DNA of 60,716 nucleotides, filler included. It is 4 parts of 4 records of this genome, joined end to end, with 100 filler letters (N's around TTAATTAATTAA, not from the genome) between each part and the next. Parts side by side here need not be neighbours in the genome. Positions count along the whole stretch, not along the records: positions 43,609 to 60,716 come from SRR2962707_4386; 3 more parts are not named here. One strand, written 5' to 3'. The translations under genes were made by a program, and so were the position numbers. Below the pieces are notes generated by a model, which was given only the letters and a program-made list of their open reading frames with translations, made no database searches and was not told the origin of the DNA. Positions 47,360-57,047 of the stretch are shown piece after piece (the first letter of the stretch is position 1; each line of letters starts with the position of its first letter).

Positions 47360-47668
47360 ATGATGAAAACAAAAAAACAGCTAGCCACTTTATTGGTCGC
47401 ACTGGCCATGCTCATGCCGATGGCGATTCAGGCAGAGGAGAGAGCTGAGGTCTGGTTGCCCAGCCTGATTACGGATTCCCCACAGGAGGGTTTTGAGCTA
47501 GCCATCAAACTGTCCCGAATGGGAGTAAAAAGCACCCAGCCGAGCAAGGAGGTTCTGTTTCGTGAGCGGGCAAAATATTCGCAAAATGGTGAGGCGCTGA
47601 TGCATGCCTCAGAAGTAATCGCGGTTCACTTTCAGACGGTTGCAGCGGCCAACGATTACTGGAACTAA
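47360..47668 (+). CDS. Hexameric tyrosine-coordinated heme protein (HTHP) homolog with signal peptide
   Basis: WLPSLITDSPQEGFELAIKLSRMGVK.TQP, candidate heme Tyr in RAKYS, FQTVAAANDYW. AAGGAG RBS. Confidence 0.85.
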   Translation: MMKTKKQLATLLVALAMLMPMAIQAEERAEVWLPSLITDSPQEGFELAIKLSRMGVKSTQPSKEVLFRERAKYSQNGEALMHASEVIAVHFQTVAAANDYWN

Positions 47669-47718
47669 TCAACGCGGCGGCTCAGGTGTGCAGTGTTTGG
47701 CGCTACACTAGCGCGAAT

Positions 47719-47750
47719 ATGAGCCGCTACCTTCCATGGGAGCGGCTCAT
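47719..47750. terminator. Hairpin between the convergent HTHP and TonB receptor genes
   Basis: ATGAGCCGCT-12-AGCGGCTCAT perfect stem. Confidence 0.65.
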
Positions 47751-47755
47751 TGAGA

Positions 47756-49825
47756 TCAGAAGCGGCCGGAGACTTTGGCCACCAGCCCGCGGCCCGGCGA
47801 TAGTATACCGCCATCCGTCAGGTGTTCCCGGTAACGTTTGTCCAGCAGGTTGTTGCCTTCAACCGAGACTTCCAGTGCGCTGAGGCTGCCGGTAGCACCA
47901 AAGTTCCAGCCCAGCTCCACGTCCACAGTTGCATAGCCAGGGGTGCTGTTTTCCGTACCGTTGGAAAAGGCATCGGCGGTCCGGTCCTGTTCGGCTACTG
48001 CTCGCACTTGCCCATGCCAGTTGAAGCCGGGGCGGTTTTGCTGGCCCAGCCCCAGAGTCAGTTCGGGAGCCGGTATCTGGTAGAGCGGCTCATCGTCCTG
48101 TTTGTTTTCACCCCGAAGCCAGGTAAGGCTGCCGTCCAGGTCGATGGCCGGAGCACTGGCGTTCAGGGCTTCCAGTGGCATCACGAAACCGGCTTCGGCA
48201 CCGTAGATGACCACTTCATCCAGGTTCTCGGTCTGTTTGATGGGCAGGTTATTCTGGGGGTGGTTCTGGCCGGTGATACGCCCTGCAATATAGTCATCAA
48301 TCCGGGTGTAGAAGGCTGCAACCTGGTATTGGCCCAGACGGCCGCGACCTTTCAGGCCAACTTCCGCGCTGGTGGATTTTTCTGGATCCAGTTGCGGGTT
48401 ACCGCGGTGGAAGAACCCGTCACCCCGGGTGGCATCCTCAAAGCGTTCGCGCATGTCGGGTGCACGGTAGGCGGTACCGATATTAAGGTAAGGATTGACC
48501 ATGTCGCTCAGGTTGTAGATGGCACCGGCAGACCAGGACAGCGTTTCGGAAGTGTTCTTTAACCCCTCGGTTCTGGCTGCCGGGCCGTTGCCCACCACCC
48601 GTGCATCGCCAGTCACTTTGTCATAGCGGGCGCCGAGGTGGATGTTCCAGTTGCCGGCCATGATGTCATCCTGCACGAACAGGCCCCGGCTCTCGATTTC
48701 GCCATCCCGGAATGGGGAGTTGGCAACGGCGTTATCTGACATAGGCGGGTTGTAGGTAAACCGCTTCGGGTCACCGGTCATTTCCCAGCCCTCGGCCCCA
48801 ACCGTGACAAGGTGGTTGTCGCCCACGGGCAACCGGTACTGAGCTTTAACACCGTCGGTGCGGAAACTGACATCGTTCCACACCTGGTTGCGCTCCTTGA
48901 AATCCCACCAGGCGCGGATTTGCCGGTCCACTTCCTGCCGATAGACACTGGTCTCCAGGATGCCGGTACCGATACCGGCCTCGTAGCCGAGTTCGGCAAG
49001 CGTGCGCTTCTGTTTGGGCGAATGGATGGTCAGGGTGCCGTTGCCGCCCGGGCCGGGCTTGGCAGAGCCCGGATACCAGACTTCCCGGTCTTCGTGGTTC
49101 TGCAGGTTCAGCGTCAGTTTCTGGTTCTCGGTTACCCTGAAAGCATATTTCGCCAAAAAGGATTCCGAGCGGAAGCCGCTGTTTTCAACATCACCGTCGG
49201 GTGTTTCGTAGTCGTCCACATCTTTGGCGGCGGCACCGATAACAAGGCCGTGGTTCCGGCTGGAAAGCTCCAAAAGTGCGCCGCCGGCCAGGCTGCTGTC
49301 CACCGTGCCAGTGCTGCCGGAGAATCGACCATTGGCTTCAGGTTGTTCCGAGAAAGTCGCTTCCGGAGTACGCAGGTTGATAGCACCGCCCTTGGCACCG
49401 GTGCCGTGCAGTACCGAGGCCGGGCCTTTGACCACTTCGACGATATCCAGCAGGCTCATGTCTGCCAGGGAAGCGATGGCCCCCTGGGGCTGGGCGGAAT
49501 TCAGGCGAACGCCGTCCACCAGAAGCACCACACTTTCCTTTTTCAGGCCGCGAATAACCGGGTTCCCTCCCCAGGCGCCGCCATCGCCCTGAACTGCCAG
49601 ACCGGGTTTGCCACGGAAGAGATCGCCGGCGGTTTTCGAAGCGGCAGTGTTGTCCGTGGTTAAACGCTCTGTTGCGCTCGCGGTTTCCAGCGTGTCGGAT
49701 TCGTAGCCTTTGGCGGTTACGACCAGTTCCTTAAGTTCCGAAGAATGGCCGGTCGCAGCGTGTGCGGCGGGTAAAACGGAAAAGGCAAAGATAGCTAAAG
49801 CCAGTGGATGGGGGCGTCGATTCAT
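47756..49825 (-). CDS. TonB-dependent outer-membrane receptor
   Basis: TonB box ELVVTA, plug IRGL..LVDGVR, EVVKGPAS, YRAP..GNPQLDPE, NLLDKRY, C-terminal Phe. Confidence 0.93.
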   Translation of the reverse strand: MNRRPHPLALAIFAFSVLPAAHAATGHSSELKELVVTAKGYESDTLETASATERLTTDNTAASKTAGDLFRGKPGLAVQGDGGAWGGNPVIRGLKKESVVLLVDGVRLNSAQPQGAIASLADMSLLDIVEVVKGPASVLHGTGAKGGAINLRTPEATFSEQPEANGRFSGSTGTVDSSLAGGALLELSSRNHGLVIGAAAKDVDDYETPDGDVENSGFRSESFLAKYAFRVTENQKLTLNLQNHEDREVWYPGSAKPGPGGNGTLTIHSPKQKRTLAELGYEAGIGTGILETSVYRQEVDRQIRAWWDFKERNQVWNDVSFRTDGVKAQYRLPVGDNHLVTVGAEGWEMTGDPKRFTYNPPMSDNAVANSPFRDGEIESRGLFVQDDIMAGNWNIHLGARYDKVTGDARVVGNGPAARTEGLKNTSETLSWSAGAIYNLSDMVNPYLNIGTAYRAPDMRERFEDATRGDGFFHRGNPQLDPEKSTSAEVGLKGRGRLGQYQVAAFYTRIDDYIAGRITGQNHPQNNLPIKQTENLDEVVIYGAEAGFVMPLEALNASAPAIDLDGSLTWLRGENKQDDEPLYQIPAPELTLGLGQQNRPGFNWHGQVRAVAEQDRTADAFSNGTENSTPGYATVDVELGWNFGATGSLSALEVSVEGNNLLDKRYREHLTDGGILSPGRGLVAKVSGRF

Positions 49826-49850
49826 GGAGTTCTCCGATTACTGCTGACGA

Positions 49851-49896
49851 TTGAGAATGGCTCGCAATATACCGCAAATGAAACTGATTCGTATTT
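49851..49896. promoter_or_regulatory. Two Fur-box-like sites
   Basis: TTGAGAATGGCTCGCAA (49851-49867) and AAATGAAACTGATTCGTATTT (49876-49896) resemble the Fur 7-1-7 consensus. Confidence 0.6.
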
Positions 49897-49908
49897 GATT
49901 TTAGTCAA
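49895..49908. promoter_or_regulatory. FNR/ANR/DNR box
   Basis: TTGAT-TTTA-GTCAA has one mismatch to TTGAT-N4-ATCAA and lies in the divergent TonB/ABC promoter. Confidence 0.75.
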
Positions 49909-49964
49909 CAGGAGATTGCGTTCGTGCGGGTACACTCATGTTAGTTATTGCAGGGTGTAAGTGT

Positions 49965-50750
49965 ATGGGTAGTTTGATTCGCAGTGGTCTGGGTTGGGGT
50001 GGCAGCCTTACCGGAGTTTTATTATTCGTGGCGCTCTGGGAGTGGGGGAGTTTGTCATACGGTAGCTTTTTGCTCCCCGGCCCGCGGGATGCGCTATCGT
50101 CCATCGTAGGCTTTGCCGACAACGGTGAGCTCTGGGCGGCCGTTTGGGCCACCACCTGGCGGGCCATGACCGGCTTTGCCATTGCTGCGCTGGCTGGTGT
50201 CGCTCTGGGCCTGATTGCAGGGTTGTCCCACACGGTTGGCCGAGCGCTGGAGCCGGTTTCAACCGTACTTTTGGGCATACCGCCCATCGCCTGGATTGTG
50301 CTGGCACTGTTGTGGTTCGGCAGCGGCTCCCTGGCGGCGATCTACACGGTGGTGGCGACCACCATTCCGGTTGCTTTTGCCGGTGCTCAGATCGGGGCCC
50401 GGACCCTGGACCAGCGCCTGCAGGAGATGGGCGATGTGTTCCGCGTGCCCTTTGCCATGCGCCTTTGGGATTTCTATCTGCCCCACATTGTTTCCTACGT
50501 ATTCCCGGCTTTGATTACCGCCCTGGGGGTGGCCTGGAAAGTCACCGTAATGGCGGAATTATTTGCCACAGAAGATGGGGTGGGAGCGGGCATGGCCATG
50601 GCCCGAGTGAGCCTGGACACTGCCGGTGCCATGGCCTGGATTGTGGTGGTCGTGGTGTTGCTGCTAGTGGCCGAACACGGTTTTCTGCGCCCCTTGCAGA
50701 AAAAAATGGAACCCTGGCGGCAGGTCAAAGGCCCTGCCATGCCGGGTTGA
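49965..50750 (+). CDS. ABC permease (NitT/TauT/SsuC family)
   Basis: LLPGP, IPPIAWIVLALLWFG, AWKVTVMAEL. Confidence 0.9.
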   Translation: MGSLIRSGLGWGGSLTGVLLFVALWEWGSLSYGSFLLPGPRDALSSIVGFADNGELWAAVWATTWRAMTGFAIAALAGVALGLIAGLSHTVGRALEPVSTVLLGIPPIAWIVLALLWFGSGSLAAIYTVVATTIPVAFAGAQIGARTLDQRLQEMGDVFRVPFAMRLWDFYLPHIVSYVFPALITALGVAWKVTVMAELFATEDGVGAGMAMARVSLDTAGAMAWIVVVVVLLLVAEHGFLRPLQKKMEPWRQVKGPAMPG

Positions 50751-50760
50751 GGAGTTTGCG

Positions 50761-51501
50761 ATGCTGATGCTGCAAAAGGTTTCACTGGATCTTGGCCCGA
50801 ACACCATTGTGTCGGACGTGGATCTTCAGGTGGCGCCGGGTGAGTCCGTGTGCCTGGTGGGGCCGTCCGGCTGCGGAAAAACCAGCCTGTTGCGTCTGGC
50901 ATCGGGAGTGCTGGACGCCACTTCGGGACAGGTGAGCAATCAGTTTACAACCACCGCAGCGGTATTCCAGGAGTCCCGGTTGCTGCCCTGGCGGCGGCTG
51001 CTCGACAACATTGCCCTGGGCCTGAAAGCCCGGGGCGTTCCCCGGCGAGATCGACTGACGCAGGCGAAAGAGTTGGCCGACCAGGTAGGGCTTTCAGATT
51101 ATGACGAGCATTTTCCCCACGAGCTGTCTGGTGGCATGCAACAGCGGGTGGCTCTCGCCAGGGCGCTGGCAGTGGGCGCCGATTTCCTGCTGTTGGATGA
51201 GCCTTTCAGTGCCCTGGATGTGGGGCTGCGCAGCGAAGCCCAGGATCTGGTGGAACGGCTTGTGGTCGATCAGGGTATAGCGACCTTGATGGTGACTCAC
51301 GATCTCACTGAAGCCCTGCGTCTGGCCCATCGAATTATTGTTGTTTCCGGCTCGCCCGGCACCGTGGTGTTTGAACATCCGGTCACAACCCCGTACCGCG
51401 AGCGCAGCCATGCCTGGCTGTATGAAGAAGCTGGCCACCTGCTGAGGCAACCGGTGGTCAGCGAGAGTTTTCTGTTTCATCCGGATTCGGAGGTGGCATG
51501 A
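50761..51501 (+). CDS. ABC ATPase (NitT/TauT family)
   Basis: GPSGCGKT, VFQESRLLPW, LSGGMQQR, LDEPFSALD, VTHD. Confidence 0.92.
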   Translation: MLMLQKVSLDLGPNTIVSDVDLQVAPGESVCLVGPSGCGKTSLLRLASGVLDATSGQVSNQFTTTAAVFQESRLLPWRRLLDNIALGLKARGVPRRDRLTQAKELADQVGLSDYDEHFPHELSGGMQQRVALARALAVGADFLLLDEPFSALDVGLRSEAQDLVERLVVDQGIATLMVTHDLTEALRLAHRIIVVSGSPGTVVFEHPVTTPYRERSHAWLYEEAGHLLRQPVVSESFLFHPDSEVA

Positions 51502-52484
51502 ATCGTCGTGAATTGCTCAAACTGGCGGCCTGTTCGGCTTTGATTTCAGCCGTACCCCTGCAAAGGGCGTTTGCAGCCAAACCCGGCAAACTGATTGCAG
51601 CGACACCTCTTGGCTTGCCCCAGGTGATCCTGGCCCGGGCGCTGGAAGATCCGGAGCTGAAAAACCTGATCCCTGAACGGGAACTTCGGGACTGGAAAGA
51701 CCCGGATCAGTTGCGGGCCTGGCTGGCGCGGGCGGAAGTGATGGTGACGGCAACCCCAACCAATGTGGCCGCCAATCTGTATAACCGTGGCGTACCCGTG
51801 GTGCTGATGAACGTGAATGTGTGGGGCACCCTGGGCATGCTGGGCCTCGAGCAGAAAGGCCCGTTGGCGAAGATGGAAGATCTGGCTGGCAGGCATGTGG
51901 GCGTGCCCTGGCGCGGGGATATGCCGGACCTGGTGTTCCGCTACTTGCTCGGTAAGGCGGGCCTGGAAGTGGGGCGTGACGTCAGGGTGAGCTATCAGTC
52001 CAGCCCGTTCGAGACGGTACAGATGTATGTGGCGCAACGCCTGGACGCGGCGGTGTTGCCGGAACCCATGCGCACGGCAACCCGGCTACAGAGCATGCAG
52101 TTCGGGCAGTCACCCCAAGAGCTGGATCTGCAGCAGGAGTGGGCGCGGCTGGCCGGTGGTGAGCCACTGCTGCCGCAGGCAGGGGTACTTTGCCGGCGGG
52201 AGTTGCTGGAGCAGGCGCCTGAGCAGGTTGCAGCGCTGCAAGCGGCCATTGGCCGGGCGGTTGACTGGGTAGTTAGGCAGCCAGAGGACGCGGCGAGGTT
52301 GGGGGCTGATCGGTCACCTTTGAGCCGTCAGGTGTATGAAGGCGCGATTGCTCGCACCGTGCTGAAAATGGTCAATGCTCAGGAAGCCCGGCCAGCTCTG
52401 GAAGACTTCTTCTCGGCATTGTCCGAATTGTCGTCTGGTTTCATTGGAGGCAAGTTGCCGGATGCGGATTTCTACCATGTTTAA
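51498..52484 (+). CDS. ABC substrate-binding protein (NitT/TauT-like) with Tat signal
   Basis: MNRRELLK twin-arginine signal; PTNVAANLYNRG, VPWRGDMPD, AAVLPEP, GGKLPDADFY. Confidence 0.85.
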   Translation: MNRRELLKLAACSALISAVPLQRAFAAKPGKLIAATPLGLPQVILARALEDPELKNLIPERELRDWKDPDQLRAWLARAEVMVTATPTNVAANLYNRGVPVVLMNVNVWGTLGMLGLEQKGPLAKMEDLAGRHVGVPWRGDMPDLVFRYLLGKAGLEVGRDVRVSYQSSPFETVQMYVAQRLDAAVLPEPMRTATRLQSMQFGQSPQELDLQQEWARLAGGEPLLPQAGVLCRRELLEQAPEQVAALQAAIGRAVDWVVRQPEDAARLGADRSPLSRQVYEGAIARTVLKMVNAQEARPALEDFFSALSELSSGFIGGKLPDADFYHV

Positions 52485-53664
52485 CCATCCCTGGCTGGCT
52501 TACGGCTTCCGTCCCTTTTTCCTGTTAGGTGCCCTGTACGCGCCAATTGCGCTGCTGCCCTGGATCGGTGCGCTGATGCAGCAATTTACCCTCCCCATGG
52601 CGTTGCCTCCGTTGGCCTGGCATGGCCATGAAATGCTGTTCGGGTTTGTCAGTGCAGCCTTGGTGGGGTTTCTGCTGACCTCGATTCCCTCCTGGGCCAG
52701 TGTGGCACCCATCGCAGGAAAGCCGCTGGCAGCCCTGGTTTTACTCTGGCTGACGGGGCGGGTTCTTTTCTGGTTATCCGCCCTTATACCGGGCTGGCTG
52801 GTGGCTATTGTGAACCTTGCCTTTCCTCTTGTTTTGTTACTCTGGGCAGCCCCGGCCTTGCTGTCCGAGGCTGGCCGCCGACACCTGAGTATCGGTATGG
52901 CACTGGTCGGCTATGTGCTGGTTCAGGGGCTTTTCTATGGGGCCTGGTTGTGGCCGGATGTTACCGGCACCGTTACGCCTGTGACGGTGCTTAACACCAC
53001 TGTCAATCTGCTACTGGTACTGATTGCCCTTACGGCTACCCGCATTGTCCGTGTAGTGGCTATGGAGGCACGAAAGGACATCGGCCTTTCGGGCCCTGGT
53101 CGATTAACACCTGCCCGGGAGCATCTGGCGGTGGCCGTGTTGATTCTGTTTGTGATTGCAGACTTCTGGGCTCCCGGTCATGTGGTTACCGGCTGGATTG
53201 CCTTGGCCGCCGCAGCAGCCCAGGCCGACCGCCTGAGTGAATGGCCGTGGGGCAGGGCGATGACCCGGTTATACCTGTTGCTGCTGACGCTGGCGTATCT
53301 GTGGATGGTGGTCGGGCTGGTTCTGGTGGGTATCACCGCACTCATCGACACCCTGCCAGGTTACACCGGCCGCCATGCCTTGTCGGCTGGTGCAGCGGGT
53401 ACGGCAATTCTTGCTGTGTTCTGTATTGCCGGGCTGCGGCACACCGGAAGATCGCTGGCGCTGCCGTGGCTGATCTGGCCGGCATTGATAACATTGGTTG
53501 CGACGGCATTGTCGCGAACCTTTGTTCCTGTGTGGTGGCCCGAGCATTACCTTTTTGGCGGGGTGATGCTGCCATTTGTTCTCTGGCTGCTTACTTATCT
53601 GCTTTACGGAGTTTCCTACGGTCGGTTTCTGGTTACGGCGAGGGCCGATGGAATGCCTGGCTGA
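52477..53664 (+). CDS. nnrS: NnrS-family membrane protein
   Basis: GFRPFFL, WHGHEMLFGF, GFLLTSIP.W, LRHTGR, RADG.PG. Confidence 0.9.
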   Translation: MFNHPWLAYGFRPFFLLGALYAPIALLPWIGALMQQFTLPMALPPLAWHGHEMLFGFVSAALVGFLLTSIPSWASVAPIAGKPLAALVLLWLTGRVLFWLSALIPGWLVAIVNLAFPLVLLLWAAPALLSEAGRRHLSIGMALVGYVLVQGLFYGAWLWPDVTGTVTPVTVLNTTVNLLLVLIALTATRIVRVVAMEARKDIGLSGPGRLTPAREHLAVAVLILFVIADFWAPGHVVTGWIALAAAAAQADRLSEWPWGRAMTRLYLLLLTLAYLWMVVGLVLVGITALIDTLPGYTGRHALSAGAAGTAILAVFCIAGLRHTGRSLALPWLIWPALITLVATALSRTFVPVWWPEHYLFGGVMLPFVLWLLTYLLYGVSYGRFLVTARADGMPG

Positions 53665-53715
53665 GATCTCTGGCCTTGGTGGCCCCTGATTTTAAACAAG
53701 TGCATGTAACGGAAG

Positions 53716-55749
53716 TTGAACTATGCTCAAGACGGTGGTTGCCGTTTTGGGAGTCCTTCTGTGACCAATAATGTGCCGAATGCCTTCGAAATCTTCCCCT
53801 GGAACCGGAATTTCGAGACCGGCATTGATGATATTGATCAACAGCACAGGGTGCTGGTCAATATCCTGAATCGACTAGCGTGGCACTTTGCATCGGACAC
53901 CTCCGAGTTAACGCCCGATCAGATTCTTGATGAGTTGCTTTCCTACGCGGCGTTTCATTTTGAATACGAGGAAGCGATCTGGAACAAAATCCTCAGTGAA
54001 GCAGCGATGGCGAAAAGCCACCGCGATTCACACCAGATGTTTTTTGCGCAGGTTGAGGAGCTGCGCAACAGCCGCGAACCTCAGGAAGAGGTATTAACCA
54101 GATTGTTTGACTTCCTCACACGCTGGTTAGCCTTCCATATCCTCGAATCAGATCGCCGAATGGCTCTGACGGTTGAGTTGGTTCAGCAAGGCCTGGAAGT
54201 CAGTGAGGCAAAAAACCGGGTCGATGCAGAGCTGAGCGGTTCCGCCTCGGTGCTGGTCAACGCGCTGTTGGAAATTTACGGAAAGCTTTCATCAAGCACG
54301 ATTCAGTTAATGCGGGAGAAAATGGCCCGCTTGAGGGCCGAAGACGAGCTGTCCCGAGTACAGCATGAAAGGCTGAACCAGGCCCTGGAAGAACAAGCCC
54401 GAGAATATCAGCACCATCTGGAAACGCTCGCTTATACCGATGCCTTGACCGGCCTCTGGAACCGAAACGGCATCGTCCGCCGGATTCGTGAATACCTTGC
54501 CGATGACGTGAGAGCTGAGAACTCGGCAGCCCTGGTGTCTATTGATCTTGATAATTTCAAGGATCTCAACGACTGTCTCGGAGAAGATGCGGCAGACCGA
54601 TTGCTCGGCTTGCTGTCCCGGCGGTGGCTGGATGCGATCCCGACGGATGCCTGCCTTGCGCGAACAGGTGGTGATGAGTTTGCATTGTTGCTGCCGGATG
54701 CCAGCCAAGCCGAGTCGCGGCTGGAAGCTCTGCGTTTGACGGCCAGTCAGCCTTTTGAACTCGACGGTGTTGAGGTTTCCGCGGGGTTTACGGCTGGTGT
54801 TGTCCTGTTTCCGGATGGCGCGGTTGAGGACGCAGACAGCTTGCTGAGGCAGGCGGATAATACCCTGTATCGGGCAAAACACGAGATGCGCAGTGGCTGG
54901 CTTTATCTTGATGCCGGCGAGCGGAGCCAGTATCGAGCCCGTCAGTTGTTACTGGAGGACATCCGCAGGGGGCTCAACGAGGATGAGTTCCGGCTTTATT
55001 TCCAACCCAAGGTTAATCTCCTGACTGGAGAGGTTTTGGGCGTTGAAGCGCTGATCCGGTGGCAGCATCCCCGGGAAGGGCTGCTCCCTCCGAGCCACTT
55101 CCTGCCCGCCATTGAGCATCACACGCTGAATACTCAGGTTGGTGAATGGGTGTTGAGAAACTCTCTGCTGCAGATACAACGCTGGGAGCAAGAGGGTGTC
55201 AGGGTAAATGTCAGTGTTAACATCGCCGCCAACCATCTTCAGTCTGATAACTTTGCCGGACACCTGAACAAAATCCTGTCGGCGTTTCCGGGGGTTGACC
55301 CTGTCAGGCTAGATCTGGAAATCCTGGAAACCGCTGCACTTGGGGATTTGGATAAAGCCGTACAGACCATTGCGGATTGCCGTGAGCTTGGGGTGACCTT
55401 CTCCCTGGATGACTTTGGTACGGGTTACTCATCGTTGTCTTATCTCAAGCGCCTTCCTGTCGATACTCTGAAAATCGATCGGGAGTTTGTATCCGGCATT
55501 GAGGATAACGGTGAAAACCTGTCGATTCTTCAGGGGGTGATCGGTCTGTCGCGGGTTTTCGGGAAGCAGGTGGTTGCGGAGGGCGTGGAAAGTGTCAGGC
55601 AAGGTGAGATTCTGTTGAGCCTCGGGTGCGAATGCGCTCAGGGATTTGCTATATCTCCGCCCATTGAAGCGACCCTGATTCCTGCCTGGGTTAACCGTTG
55701 GAGAACGTTCCCGGAATGGGCGCTTACCAGGGTTTCAGAAAATCCCTGA
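53716..55749 (+). CDS. Bacteriohemerythrin-GGDEF-EAL signalling protein
   Basis: Hemerythrin ligands (IDQQH, HFEYEE, HRDSH, WLAFHILESD), intact GGDEF, EAL (VEALIRW) and DDFGTGYSSL. Start uncertain. Confidence 0.92.
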   Translation: MNYAQDGGCRFGSPSVTNNVPNAFEIFPWNRNFETGIDDIDQQHRVLVNILNRLAWHFASDTSELTPDQILDELLSYAAFHFEYEEAIWNKILSEAAMAKSHRDSHQMFFAQVEELRNSREPQEEVLTRLFDFLTRWLAFHILESDRRMALTVELVQQGLEVSEAKNRVDAELSGSASVLVNALLEIYGKLSSSTIQLMREKMARLRAEDELSRVQHERLNQALEEQAREYQHHLETLAYTDALTGLWNRNGIVRRIREYLADDVRAENSAALVSIDLDNFKDLNDCLGEDAADRLLGLLSRRWLDAIPTDACLARTGGDEFALLLPDASQAESRLEALRLTASQPFELDGVEVSAGFTAGVVLFPDGAVEDADSLLRQADNTLYRAKHEMRSGWLYLDAGERSQYRARQLLLEDIRRGLNEDEFRLYFQPKVNLLTGEVLGVEALIRWQHPREGLLPPSHFLPAIEHHTLNTQVGEWVLRNSLLQIQRWEQEGVRVNVSVNIAANHLQSDNFAGHLNKILSAFPGVDPVRLDLEILETAALGDLDKAVQTIADCRELGVTFSLDDFGTGYSSLSYLKRLPVDTLKIDREFVSGIEDNGENLSILQGVIGLSRVFGKQVVAEGVESVRQGEILLSLGCECAQGFAISPPIEATLIPAWVNRWRTFPEWALTRVSENP

Positions 55750-56269
55750 GCCGCAGATGCCAGTCCAGGCTGTCGAGCAGGTTTTTCAGGGCCAGCCCCA
55801 GTTCAGTATCCCCCTCAATAACCAGCCGGCGCTGGAAGAACAACTGATCGGGATCCTGTTTTCGTTCCGCCAATGTACGGAATGCACCAACGGACCCCCG
55901 GATAGTGGCTTCACCGGGGCCATTCAGCACCCGCAGGCGCCCGGCCCAATAACCGAGGGTAATGCCTGGCTGGCCGCCATTGATTTCGAGGCGGATTCGA
56001 CGGCCCTCGAAATCGTCGAATTCACCCTCTGCAATGGCGTCCGAGAAAAGCCGGTTGAGGGGTGCTTCCGCTGCCAGTTGTTTCAGGGGGAGGGGAATTC
56101 GCTGATCAATGCCGTTCAGGAGTGGCACCGCTGAAGGGGCATACTCCTGGATGACGGCTAGGGTCTGGCCCGCAAGGGGATTGTGCTGGAGTTGGCTGCT
56201 CAGGCGTTGCAGCTGCGCGAACCCGGGTGGTGTGGGCAATTTGCCGAAACTGGGCAGGGTAGGCAGCAT
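55724..56269 (-). CDS. ubiT: SCP2-domain anaerobic ubiquinone accessory factor UbiT
   Basis: DPDQLFFQRRLVIEGDTELGLALKNLLDSLD. AGGAG RBS before ATG 56269. Confidence 0.85.
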   Translation of the reverse strand: MLPTLPSFGKLPTPPGFAQLQRLSSQLQHNPLAGQTLAVIQEYAPSAVPLLNGIDQRIPLPLKQLAAEAPLNRLFSDAIAEGEFDDFEGRRIRLEINGGQPGITLGYWAGRLRVLNGPGEATIRGSVGAFRTLAERKQDPDQLFFQRRLVIEGDTELGLALKNLLDSLDWHLRLRDFLKPW

Positions 56270-56333
56270 GGCAGGCTCTCCTGAAATCATGAAACAGATA
56301 GGGAGAGCCTACCTCAAACTGCAATAAACGGAT

Positions 56334-56347
56334 TTGATATAACTCAG
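56334..56347. promoter_or_regulatory. Weak FNR-like box upstream of ubiT
   Basis: TTGAT-ATAA-CTCAG (two mismatches). Confidence 0.4.
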
Positions 56348-56359
56348 GGGAATGAACAG

Positions 56360-57019
56360 TCAGCCCTTGTGCAGACCTTCCTCGACTGCCCAGACGGCCA
56401 CTTCCACCCGGGAACGCAGGTTCAGCTTTTTCAGCAGGTGCTTGACGTGGACCTTGACAGTGCCGTCACTGATGTCGAGTTTACGCCCGATCATCTTGTT
56501 GGACAGGCCTTCGGCAATCAGCCGGAGAATATCCTTCTCCCGCGGCGTCAGGCTGTCGAAGTCGGGACGGCTGGTCTGCTGCGGTTTGTTGGAACGCAGG
56601 GCTTCGGCCAGCAGGGTCGTGAGGCGGTCACTGATCACCATCTTGCCCACCGCCGCCTGGTGCAACTGGGCGATCATGTCCTCGGGCTCCATGTCCTTGA
56701 GCAGGTAACCGTCGGCGCCCGCCCGCAATGCCGCAACCACATCGTCTTCCTGGTCTGAGACAGTAAACATAACGATGCGCGAGCTGACATTCTGTTCCCT
56801 AAGCTTTCTCAGGGCTTCGATGCCGTCCATTTCCGGCATGTTCAGGTCCATCAGGATCAGGTCCGGCTCCAGCTCGGTGGCCAGGCGGATGCCATCGGCG
56901 GCATTGCTGGCTTCGCCAATCACTTCCATGTCGTCTTCCATGCCGATCAACTGCTTGATGCCCTGGCGCAGCAGCGGGTGGTCGTCGATCAACAGAATGC
57001 TTGCGGGTGTCTCAGACAT
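56360..57019 (-). CDS. narL: Nitrate response regulator NarL
   Basis: [46 protein letters not shown]. Confidence 0.93.
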   Translation of the reverse strand: MSETPASILLIDDHPLLRQGIKQLIGMEDDMEVIGEASNAADGIRLATELEPDLILMDLNMPEMDGIEALRKLREQNVSSRIVMFTVSDQEDDVVAALRAGADGYLLKDMEPEDMIAQLHQAAVGKMVISDRLTTLLAEALRSNKPQQTSRPDFDSLTPREKDILRLIAEGLSNKMIGRKLDISDGTVKVHVKHLLKKLNLRSRVEVAVWAVEEGLHKG

Positions 57020-57047
57020 TGTTTCTCTCTTTTGTCCTGCGCTCGGC

